The position numbers were made by a program, and so were the translations under genes. Below are positions 25,459 through 37,409 of a stretch of 64,000 nt of DNA, one piece after another. The notes under the pieces are model-generated. The model was not told the origin of the DNA. It saw nothing but the letters and a program-made list of their open reading frames with translations, and searched no databases. Origin of the DNA: Octopus bimaculoides (taxonomy: Eukaryota); contig NC_068990.1 in the NCBI RefSeq assembly GCF_001194135.2, positions 67,861,507 through 67,925,506 of the forward strand. The letters run 5' to 3'. Position 1 is the first letter of the stretch. The number at the start of each line of letters is the position of its first letter.

Positions 25459-28400
25459 ACTGCATTAAAATAAGAGCTAATAGTTATTTGCCATTAAGAC
25501 ATGTGGTTAGGCATGTTATATAATGTCTTGTACCTCCAATCAAGCTTGAGGCTGAAGATTGCTTGGAGACACCAGACACATTATAAAAATCTCCCTGAGC
25601 ACATGTCTTATTTTAATACAGTCTACATTAAATGATATTTAATCTCTGTATAGATACTTTTTTTTTATCCTACTTTAACAGAGCAGTAAACTATATATTA
25701 TATATTTTTTGTACCTTTTACTTGTTTCAGTCACAGGACTGTACCTATGCAAGTGTATTGCCTTCAAGGCTTTAGTCAAACAAATCAATGTATTCTATTG
25801 GTCTCTTTTGCCAAGGTATTGGTCAGCTCAAAGCTATAGTAGAAGATACTTGCCCAAGGTGCCCTGCAGTGGAACTGATCTCAAAATCAGGCAAGCTTTT
25901 TAACCATAGAGCCATGCCTGCACATCTATATCTACATATATATATAAATGCCTCTCCTAGGGCCCTCAACTCTTTGATAGAGTTATCAGGGCATCGTTAG
26001 GATACAGCAAAACTTGAGCATTCTTTTAGACGAGACATATACTGTTCTTCTCCAGGTCAATCTACAAACAATTTCTTCCAAAAAAGGAAAAGATAGGTTG
26101 AAAGCAAGAGAGAGACAGAAATGAAGTGATCCCAACACTGGTCCTTTATTTATTGACCCTGAAAAGAATAAAAGGTGAAGTTGACTTTGGTAAGAACTGA
26201 TCATAGAATGTAGAGAGTTGGAATGATTACTTCAAGGCAATTGGGAAGTAGGTATGTTGTTCCTATTAACTCCAATGCTAGTGTGTTGAGGCAGAATAGA
26301 ATGGAAGGCAAATTTGACCTCAGCTGGATTTCAAATTAGAGCATAAAAGAACTGGAAGAAATTATGCCAAGTGCTCCAATGATTCTGCCAGTCCACTGCA
26401 CTCATGTTCAGGTAATTATTCTGGAGAGTTAATAGTGTTCATGATAGATGGAATAATAAAATATGTTGCTAATTTCGTTGTTTTTACTTTGTGGTGGTGG
26501 TGGTTTTTAACTCTGGTACTGGAGCTAAAGATGATGAAAGGAGCGTTGATAATGGTTACAGTTGTCATAGTAGCAGTGATGACAGTGCTGATGCTATTTT
26601 CTGTATTCCTACTACTGTTCTTGAGTGTGTGCATTTCTACTACTGTTCTTGCTGTGCATGTGTTAGTGCTGGTTATAGTGGTGTTGTTAGCAGTGTTTGG
26701 AAAGGTAGGACTTAAAAAGTGAGAGACAATGCCGAGGGCAGGGTGAGTGGAAGCTTGTAAATTTGGTACAAAGGAAAATTAATTGATAAATTAGTTTTAG
26801 TGAAAACAGACCTGTTTTTAAAACTGTAACAAGCAAGATATTAAAACTGTTGTCTCCACCATCATAATCATCATTGTTGCCATCATTTTAACATCTATTT
26901 ATCCATGCTTTCATGGGTCAGAGCGAGTGTATTGAGGCAGATTTTTGTATATGACTGGATGCTCTTCACATGCCAGTCATCTGTTTCCAAGTAGGATCAT
27001 ATATTACCCCTAATCCAAATACTTTTTCATGGAAGATTGCAAAATGAACAAATCGCATATACGACTATGACATTTGTTTACAATCAGTACACAATGCTAA
27101 GATGAAGAGATACACACACATCCACATTTGATGGGCTTCTTTTCTGTTTTCATCAATCAAATTCACTAACAAAATATTGGTCAGTCTAGGAAATCTTACC
27201 CAAAGTGGCATGTAGTGAGACAGAATTTGAAACTGCATAGTTGGCAAGCAAACTTCTTAACCCCGCAGACACATCTGCACCTACAATACTTTATAATTTT
27301 GATTATTTGCTGATTATTTTAGGAGACTGAGCAACCACATATGAGTAAATGTATTTGTGGATAACATGCTGTTGGAATACTTAATGCTTACATAATAATT
27401 TAGATTACTAACTGATTTGCTTAATGTCTGGGTGAGTAAGAGTATGTTCAAGGTCATCACTACATGCTTGGTAAACTACATGATCCTCTGGGGTGCTAAA
27501 ATTGAGAAGTACCACAAATAACTTAAATGGAAAATAATGTTTAATCCAATTAAAAACATAAAACATTAGTAAGTCAAGGTTATGTTTGGTATAACTAAGG
27601 TAAGTAAATTAAACCACTTTTCTTCTTTAGGTTTCAATTTCTTCAAACTCACCCAACAAATATGAAAAGATACTGGAATCAACATAATTTGGCTGATGTT
27701 GGATTGAACTTATAATTTGGAGAAATGTTTTCACTGATATGTTTATAGAAAGTAGTATCATGAAGTGTATGAGAGAGAAAAAGCATAATAAAAGGAATGT
27801 TAACAATCTTGCAATGTTAAAAAATGCTACCTTAAAGTGAATTAAAATTAGCTTTCAATAGTTAAAATTCTCAATAATAAAAGAAACTTCAAAACCACAT
27901 TTTGAAAATATATTAAAAATTCAAGAATTTTCTTCACACAGACGACTTTAATAATTGCTTTCTTGTAGTAAAAGTTAGATATTCATAACTAATTGATAAG
28001 GATCTTTCTTTATTATTGTATAAATAATTAGAGTAGGCAAGGTCACACCGGGAACAGTCGCATGGAGTTATGCTCTGTTGCATGATTTGACTCGAGAATG
28101 GTATAGAAAAAAATTGGAGACAAGGGATCACCTTGAAGGAGATGGAGACATACACTACAGATTGGGAGAGGATGGTATATATTGTAGGATTGGGCCCTGT
28201 ATGCACAGTACCCCGCTGCCTGCCCTGGGGTGTCTATAGTTGGAAATATAGGAATCTGGAAAATGTGGTTATCTATTTAAAGTTATTTTCAGATAACTGA
28301 ATGAGGAAACAATGTATTGCTGTCCAATATATTTTCATTATAACAATGGTTAAATCTGGTGTCATTTCTGTTGCTAACTTCATAGTTGTGTTTAATATAA

Positions 28401-29247
28401 GTCTGTGAAAATAGAAATATTATTCCCAGACTGATAAATTTGCAGACTAACAGACGCAAATAGATATCTATAGATTAATTTATCTAACTAAACAACCCTT
28501 AAATATGTTCCAAATAAAATAAATATTAGTTTTGTTTTATTATTTATTTTATCCACTCTCAACCTTGTCCATTAAAAGTTTCATCTCCATCAACCGAGAA
28601 ACCGCCCCCATTCTACACCACATATACTAGAACACGTAATGTTTATATAATCTTAGATTAACAATCCATCTCACATTTGTCAAACATCTTATGACAATGC
28701 TATCAGTGCTTGGCTTACTTGTCAGAACCTATCTGTCTCTGACATGTTAGTCAACCAAATCACTATTTGGAAGAAGTATCTGGAGCTGTCCAGACAAACC
28801 CTGCTATTACTGCTACTACTAATTGTTATTTTTCAATCTTACTAACATCAAAACTAATAACCAATAATGGCACTCAAAATTCATGTTATGGCTCAATTAG
28901 TGTAGGTTTTAAATTCTAGTAACAAGCCCACACAGGCATACTTTATAGATGTGTATGTAGTTGTATCCATATTTACATAATTCCATACACACATATATAT
29001 ATTATTACACACAGACATACACACAGACGCACATATAAGTAGCTATATTTATTCTCACATAGACACATACACATACATTAGACAGAAAGAAACATACATA
29101 TATGCACACCCCCATATGCCAATATGTGTGTGTATATATACAAGTATATATGTACATATATATGTATATCTTTATACACACATAAACATGTGTATGTATG
29201 TATCTGTGTATATATATATATATATATATATCATCATTTAACATTTG

Positions 29248-29305
<58 letters not shown>

Positions 29306-30644
29306 ATATATATATATATATGTGTGTATATCTCTTTATGCTTAGTATATGGAAGAATCTTACACTGATATCCACTTGATAATATATTTATATATAATGA
29401 CACACTTTCAAGGTGTGCATATCTATAGATTTACATTACGAGTGTATATAGAGACAATGGTAAAGGTGGGTGCAACTTATGGAAAATACCAATATTGGGG
29501 TGCACGGGTGGGGGAAGGCAAGAGGGATTAAAGTGGCTTAGAGATGAGGAAAGATCATGAAGCAAGAAAATTGTGCGCAACATATAGGAACAGTGGGAGG
29601 CAGATTTAGAGGTACATCAGGGTGGCTATAGTGAGCAGAGTGAATATGAGAGGGTTTTGAGAATAAGAGCAGATATGAGAGATGTTAAAGTGAAGAATGG
29701 TAGAGGAGAGGGTGAGATAATTGATATCTTCTGTGTGTATGTGAGTGTAATTTCTGCTGAACGAAAACTTCAGAAATAACAATATCATAAGTGCGTAGCT
29801 CTAAATATTTCCATTTGGTTGTAGATGTCTAAGAAAAAAAGAGCCTCCACGTCTCTACTTGTAGCTCTCATCTGCAATTTATAATTTGGGTAAAATCTTT
29901 TTCCTTTATTGATTTTTAAGTGCAAGTTCATTAGAATTTTTCATAAATTATTTATTTTCCGTTAAAAATATCTCGCATTTAAATTCAGATATATCTCATT
30001 CTTAGATAAGAAACACAAAACAAAAAATGCTATACTGTAAAATTGATGTATGTATGTATGTATGTATGTATAAAGCACACACACACACACATGGAGAGAG
30101 AAAGAGTGAGAACTTGAGGAATAAAATGAGAATGTGAGTGAGAATATAGAAAATTTTGTTATTGAAGAAGTGAAGGTTAACCAATGGGACAGCACAGACT
30201 GATGTAATACCTTGTAATGATAAAGACTTTGGAAAGGAAAAGTTTGAGGTTCAGAGAGTATGACATGAAGAAGGAAACAGTGAATTATATATTTTCAGAT
30301 ATATATATACTGTTTTTTTATTTGGCTTTCAAGATTGTTCAGGTGAAATTCTGAGTTGAAACAGGTCTTGTATCTTGGATAATGATAAACACACACGCAT
30401 GTGTTTCTTATTGGTATCAAGACAACCATATGTGTCTGGTCACCTCCAACAATAGAGAGCAGTCAACATATTTCATTCCATAACTGCCATTTCTGGTTAT
30501 ATAGCGCAAGGTTATATAAATGGAATGTTACCTAACACTTCATTGAGTCCTAGGTGTGAAAATGAATGGTAAGATCAGCCATGATAGATATATATGTACA
30601 CTTTGATTATTATGCATACATACATACATACATACATATATATC

Positions 30645-31140
30645 ATCATCGTTTAACGTCCGCTTTCCATGCTAGCATGAGTTGGACGATTTGACTGAGG
30701 ACTGGCAAACCAGATAGCTGCACCAGGCTCCAATCTGATCTGGTAGTGTTTCTATAGCTGGATGCCCTTCCTAACACCAACCACTCCAAGAGTGTAGTGG
30801 GTGCTTTTACGTGTCACCGGCACGAGGGCCAGTCAGGCGGTACTGGCAATGGTCACACTCAAATGGTGTTTTTTATGTGCCACCTGCACAGGAGTCAGTC
30901 TAGCGGCACTGGCAATGACCTCACTCAAATGTTTTGTTCACATGCCACCAACACAAGTGCCAGTAAAGCAACACGGGTAATGATCGCGCTCCAATGTTGC
31001 TTTTTACATGTCACCAGCACAGAAGCCAGACCGCTGCTCTGGCAGTGATCCCGCTTGGATGGTGCTGTTAGCACTCCACTGGCATGGGTGCCAGTCATCG
31101 AATTTGGTTCAGTTTCGATTTCACTTGCTCCTGCACAATA
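30645..31140 (-). mobile_element. Repeat family C 3' end with an internal ~65-bp tandem array
   Basis: The tail catcatcgtttaacgtccgctttccatgctagcatg...ggatgcccttcctaac is shared with at least 10 copies. About 4 diverged units of tttta(c/t)gtg(t/c)cacc.gcac...gtactggcaatg...caaatg follow. Confidence 0.8.
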
Positions 31141-31646
31141 AACCATCAATTATCGCAATAATAAGCCAACTGAATTCTAAAATATTTGTCATAATATTTG
31201 TTTGGGTAAAAGGCCAACAACTTTTGATGAGAGAGAGTTGGTCAATGCCATCAGCTCCAGTACTTGATCCGTGCCTTATTTTTGGGACCTGAGAGGGATG
31301 AAAGGCAAAGCTAACCTTGGAAGGGTTTGAACTTACAGTATAAAGAGCTTGAAGAAATACAAAAAGGCACTTTTTACTTACATTCTAATAATTCTGCCAA
31401 TCCTCTACTATAATAATGACTGGCTCAGTTGAGCCAACCAGTTGCAAACAATGATTGATATATATAATTCTTTGAGGCAAAAGGAATCAGAGTGTAAAGG
31501 TCACACAGTCAAAATGTAGTGAAATGAAAGTGAATGTTATAAAATGATATCGGAAATACAAAGCCAAACCCTAAGACTTATACAAATATATAATACAGGA
31601 AAAAAAATAACATCCCTAGACATTGTCTATATATTATGTAAGACAC

Positions 31647-31862
31647 TAAAGTGGTAAGCTGGCAGTGTTGTTAGCAACTTGGGCAAAATGCTTAGACATA
31701 TTTTGTCTGTCTTTATGTTCTGAGTTCAAATTCCACCAAGGTTAACTTTACCTTGCATCTTCTGGCTTCAATAAAATAAGTACCAGTTGAGCACTGGGAG
31801 TTGATGTAATCAACTTACCCCCTTCCCCCAAACTTGCTAGCCTTGTGCCAAAGCTTGAACCA
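31647..31862 (+). mobile_element. SINE family B
   Basis: A-box-like tggcag, B-box-like gagttcaaattcc, and the family body. Confidence 0.85.
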
Positions 31863-32099
31863 ACATATTATGTGGGACACTTCCATACATGATGCTGATG
31901 ACAAGGGGCTTCTTTCAGTACCCCTCTTTCAAATCTACTCACATTGTTTTGGTTGGCCCAAAGGTATACTAGGATACACTGTCCAAAGTCTCATAGAATA
32001 GGATGGAACCTGAAACCATGTTTCTATACATACAAAAACCTTGTGCTTATATATACAGAAATGTACACACCTGTACATACACACACATCTACAGAATAT

Positions 32100-32109
32100 A
32101 TATACACAC

Positions 32110-32200
<91 letters not shown>
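32100..32200. repeat. Compound (CA)n(TA)n(GA)n microsatellite
   Basis: Directly visible. Confidence 0.95.
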
Positions 32201-32202
<2 letters not shown>

Positions 32203-35083
32203 TCACTAAAGTAACAGAGGGTACTAACTAAGTAACTAAGTGGTACTCGCATTGCTAGAAATAAGAGTGAAAACCGACTCACTAGCCAAAAGAGCACTAT
32301 CTTAGTGACTGATAAGGGAGACAAAGTCCCTTTTTGGACATGGCCATATCACCAGTGATCTCGAATTTTGATGCAGAGCATCTTAATTCTCATTGGTAGC
32401 TCTTACCACACCTAGGGTTAAATTCAATTCACTTTGTCAGCTTATAATAATAAGAAACTTGCTCAATGTACTCAGCAGTGAGACTGAACCTGAAGCAATT
32501 CAGTGCAAACTTCTGAAACGTACAAGTATAATAGAATAGAATATGAACAGGTAGTTGCAAGACATCAAGTCAATCATAACATATTTATACAGAAGTGAAC
32601 AAAACTATATAAATAGCTCAGGAATCCAAGAAAATCCAGAGGGTAAAAGTTCATAGAGATTCAGCATAGACAGGTAAAAATCTAGGAAAATCACACAGTA
32701 ATGTTGTTCGTAAGATAGAAGAAAATTCAAGAGGTCCTTTTGTTTTGATTCAACCTAGATAGGCAAATAAAGTCCATGGGATCACGAGTGAAAATTTTGC
32801 AAGTGATGCATATGTTATTAATGTACCTCTATAGAGCATGAGAGCATGACATATAACCATTATTTACAACTCCATATGCTCTACTGCACTCCAATATTTT
32901 CAGCAAGAGAATGGATTCATGTTGCTGCTTGGATAATCATATGGTAGAGGTGCTCAGGTTATAATAATCATAGAGTACATATGATTAAATAAGAAGAGAA
33001 TAACAAGAGGAATTAGTTTAAATATTTCATCCTGTACATATTTTATTCTTCTCTTGTTATTTAATAATTAACACATATATATAGATGGTTATCTGTCATG
33101 CTAGAAAAAGGTCCATTAAAACATATAAATATATACTTTTATTCTTTTACTTGTTTCCGTCATTTGACTGTGGCCATGCTGGAGCATGGCCAGTCATGCT
33201 CCAGCATGGCCACTAAAGGGATTTAGTTGAAAAAAATCGATCCCAGGACGTATTGTTTCGAAGCCTAGTACTTATTCAATTGGTCAATTCCAATGAGTGA
33301 ACATAAGCCATGCAACTCCTGTTTGAAAGCAACAAACACTGCTGTTTATAAGATAATCAAATCTGTAAATAATTGAATGGAAGAAGTAGCCAACTACTAC
33401 AGCTGTTTCAAAAGAGGCACCAAGTGCCTATAACACAATATTATGATTGTTTAGTAACAATCTGGTATCCTTTCTTGCCAGGTAAATGTGATCATTCAGT
33501 TTAAAATTATCTTCCATCTGCAATGAATGATACAAAAATCAGTGCTTCTTCTGAAACACCTGTAGCACTCAACAACTTCTTCCATGCTTTGACCTCACTG
33601 CAGTTGGTGCCATATAAAATGCACACAGTACACTCTGTAAAGTGTTTAGCATTAGGAAGGGCATCAAGCTGTAGAAACTGTCCCCGAAAGAGACATTGGA
33701 GCATGATGCAGTCTTCTCACTCATTAGTTCCTGTCAAGCGGCCTAACCCATGCCACCATGGGAAAACAAACATTTAAAGAGGATGCTGATGATATATGTG
33801 TATGTGCATGTGTAGGAGGGGCAGGCATCGCTATGTGGTTAAGAAGTTTACTTCCCAACTCATGTGGTTGCACAGTGCAGTGCTTTGAGTGTCTTCTACT
33901 ACAGCCCTGGGTTGACTGGAGTTTGAGAGCAGATTTTATATATAGAAGCTGAAAGGAGTCAGTCTCACACACATATATATTCATGGGGCGTGTGTGTTTG
34001 TATCTCCTTGTCTTGACAACACCTGATATTTGTAAGAGAGTGATGATATTCTGTGTACCCAACCCATCCAACCTATTTCAACTTGAAGAAAATTGAATCG
34101 TTAGCACGTCAATGATGATGATAATGAAGTGCCGTTCATATGGTAACGACAATAATGACTACAACAATGTTAATAATAATGGCAACATTGATGAGGATGG
34201 TGTATAGTTCATTAGATCATTCCCAGTGCATCAAGTTAATTATTAAGTGTGATAATTTTGATCAAGCCATTATTTTTACAGTTGGATGCTTTTCCATTTG
34301 CTAACAACTCAACCGTGAGGTAGCAGTGAAATGTCAAACAATTGAAGGTTTTATCTGTGGATCAAAATCAAGACAAGGTCAAATATTTGGACTGTGGCAA
34401 TATGGTCACCTTTCAATCTCCTAAATCTTAAACCACTGAATCTCTCTCTTTCTCTTTCACACACACACACACACACACAACAAGATAACCATAAGTATAA
34501 ATTATTAGTTCCTTGCTATATTTCACCATGGCAGTTATTTTGAATTTGGCACTGGATGTTCCAAGTGTATTTGGATGCCTAACTGTAATGGATAATCAGG
34601 AGAACACTTTATTGCATTCTGTTACAGAGATGTACATTGAGTTCTAACTCATATAGTAGTAGTTGTACATTTAAGTGTATACTCAAGATATATAAATAAA
34701 TAAATATATATATATATANNNNNNNNNNNNNNNNNNNNNNNNNNNNNNNNNNNNNNNNNNNNNNNNNNNNNNNNNNNNNNNNNNNNNNNNNNNNNNNNNN
34801 NNNNNNNNNNNNNNNNNNNNNNNNNNNNNNNNNNNNNNNNNNNNNNNNNNNNNNNNNNNNNNNNNNNNNNNNNNNNNNNNNNNNNNNNNNNNNNNNNNNN
34901 NNNNNNNNNNNNNNNNNNNNNNNNNNNNNNNNNNNNNNNNNNNNNNNNNNNNNNNNNNNNNNNNNNNNNNNNNNNNNNNNNNNNNNNNNNNNNNNNNNNN
35001 NNNNNNNNNNNNNNNNNNNNNNNNNNNNNNNNNNNNNNNNNNNNNNNNNNNNNNNNNNNNNNNNNNNNNNNNNATATATATAT

Positions 35084-35305
35084 ATTTCTTTATTTGTGTG
35101 TTAAGGCTACCATTGGTTTCATGTTTAGAAAATATCTTAGTATCTTAATAACTGTTCAAGCCAATCACATGGAGGAATGGTGATCATCTCTATTTTGGAT
35201 GGAAACACCATTCCTCCATGTGATCAGCTTGAAAAATTATTAAGACATTAAGATATTTTTTTTAACAGGAAACCAATGGTAGCCTTAATACACAAATAAA
35301 GAAAT
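35084..35305. mobile_element. Foldback element / hairpin MITE (~220 bp, ~100-bp arms)
   Basis: Left arm ttctttatttgtgtgttaaggctaccattggtttc...cacatggaggaatggtg pairs with right arm caccattcctccatgtg...gaaaccaatggtagccttaatacacaaataaagaa, with a few mismatches. Confidence 0.85.
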
Positions 35306-35345
35306 TTTATCCACCAATGCAGTGTTGAACCTCATTCTTGTTGCT

Positions 35346-35395
<50 letters not shown>

Positions 35396-35520
35396 ACAGA
35401 CATGACATGACATAGCCACCCTGTTAAACATCGTTTTATGTTTGTCTTAACTTGGGAAGGTTTATATCTTTTATTAATTGACATTTTTATGTTTCGGGTT
35501 CTATATGTGACTGTTTAATC

Positions 35521-36543
35521 ATGCCATATACAAAAGAAGCCTTGGAGCTGTCTGAATTACAAAGAGGCCATATTGTGGGTCAATCTGGAGGTGGGCTTAG
35601 TCAATGTAAAATCACAGAACACAATGAAATCCCACTTTCTACAGTTAATAGAGTGATTGTGCAATTCACAAGAGGAGGGAAGGAGTCCACATCACCTAGC
35701 CCAGGTCAACTAGGGCCCTCTGACAAGACCCTTCACTTTGTTATGAGAAGTGTGGAGGATAATAATCATTGCAAGGCCTCTGACATGGCAAAACATGTTG
35801 ATGTCAGCCCCAGAACAACTGTCAGGTGTCTTCACAAACTTGGCTACTATCGCTGAGCAGCAAGAAGGAAGCCACTTCTTCAACTAGCCAATAAAAAGCA
35901 GAGAAAAGATTGAGCCAGTGAGCTGGTAGAGAGGTCACTAGCATTTTGGTACAATGTCATATTCTCTGATGAGTCCAGATTTGCTATATTTTTTGACAGT
36001 GGTCGAGTGTGGGTCTGGAGACTCTGTGACCAAGAAATTGATGCAAAAAGGTTGCAGCCAACAGTGAAACATGGTGGCTATTCTGTTAGAGTTTAGGGAG
36101 CAACTTGAAGCAATGGTCAATCAGAGCTAGTGGAGTGTGAGGGAAAGACAAATTCAGATAAATATGTATCCATATTGCAGAAAGGACTTCTTCCAATCTT
36201 CTCCAGTGATGAAATGATTAAAAACAAAATTTTTTTATGGAAGATGCGGCTCCTTGTCAAACAGCTAAAAAGACCCAAGATTGTTTGGAAGAGAATGGCA
36301 TTAGAAAGCTTCCATGACCAAGCCAGTCACCAGATATGACCCCTATTGAACACCTCTGGGGCATAATGGACAGGGCACTTCATAAAAAGAACAAGAAGGC
36401 CTCCTCACATCTAGATTGTTTTGATATTACTGCATGAAACATGGCATGAAATTCATTAAGAGAATATTCATCATCTGATCAGTAGCATGCCTAATAGGGT
36501 TCTTGCACTGGAAAATGCAAAGGCCATGTCTACTAAGTATTAG
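35521..36543 (+). pseudogene. Full-length disabled Tc1-like transposase (DD34E)
   Basis: HTH region ELSELQRGHIVG...IPLSTVNRVI; ARRKPLL; FSDESRF; PTVKHGG; MEDAAPC; PSQSPDMTPIEHLW with 34 residues between D2 and E; SMPNRV..KY*. Contains several stops and frameshifts. Confidence 0.93.
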
Positions 36544-37090
36544 ATATTCACATTATAATATTTAACAAATAATTTGAATGTATAATTTCAGATTTGAATA
36601 AATATAAACGATTATAATGGTGTCTATTTACTTGTCTTCAAATTTACATAAAAAAAAAACGGAAACAGGTGAGGGAATAACAAGCAGATATATTAGTTTG
36701 ACACTGAAGAAGAAGGGAAAAGTCTTTGATGTTTCAAGCCTGTGCACTTTGAGAGAAAGGACTGAGAGAAAAATAAATGGAGAACAAAAAAAAGGCAGGG
36801 GGGGGAGGAGGAATGTGCAGGGATTAACAATTCAACATGGAATGATTGAAAGAAAGTGACTGAGTGAAAGGGAGACAATAACGGTAAGCCAGTTGAACGA
36901 GAGTGCACAAGCACATGTGTGTATGTCAGTTTGGTGTGAATGGGGGTAAGTGCATGTAAATGTTTGTGTGGGTGAGCTTCAAATTATGTGGGCTTTGTAT
37001 ATGTATGGGAGCATGTGTGTACGTGTGTATAAGTAACCTAGAACATGGATTTTGTGTAGTGATGTGTGTTACACACACACATATGGTAAA

Positions 37091-37345
37091 GATGTGTGAC
37101 CTAGTGGTTAGAGTGTTGCACTCTTCAATCACTAGATCATGGGTTTGATTCCCAGTCTGGCAGTGCATTGTGTTCATGAGCAAAATATTTATCATGTTGC
37201 TGAAGTCCCCCTTTCAATTGGCAGTAATGTTGACCTGCCCACCTAGCCAATGGGATGGCATCTTTTGGAAACTAAAATGATGCAAAAAGCGCACTGTGAC
37301 CAGTGGTTTGTAAGAACATCTGATAGTCTGGTCAGTTACATGATC
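37091..37345 (+). mobile_element. tRNA-headed SINE (family D-related)
   Basis: A-box-like TGACCTAGTGG and B-box-like GGTTTGATTCCC, followed by gtgttcatgagcaa. Confidence 0.65.
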
Positions 37346-37378
37346 ATGTCATCTATCTACATATACATACACACACAG

Positions 37379-37409
<31 letters not shown>

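Noticed and set aside
25519-25585. Imperfect ~67-nt hairpin of pre-miRNA size
   Set aside because: It has too many bulges and a large loop, and cannot be supported without small-RNA data.
28040-28256. Minus-strand frame containing QGDPLSP, an RT-like motif, after a ttttccag acceptor
   Set aside because: The surrounding residues do not match RT domains 3-5 convincingly and no YADD follows; unresolved.
30800-31080. Regular ~65-bp repeats resembling a CRISPR array
   Set aside because: The units are diverged and contiguous without unique spacers, there are no cas genes, and the context is eukaryotic.
35850-36320. Several Tc1 stop codons fall at Trp positions (TAG/TGA) and could be restored by A-to-I editing
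   Set aside because: TGG-to-stop is the commonest single-transition route to a stop, and the element also has frameshifts that editing cannot repair.
37091-37165. tRNA-like sequences with A and B boxes (also 40660, 41841, 45830-45900)
   Set aside because: They continue into shared SINE bodies and lack a convincing cloverleaf, so they are SINE heads rather than tRNA genes.
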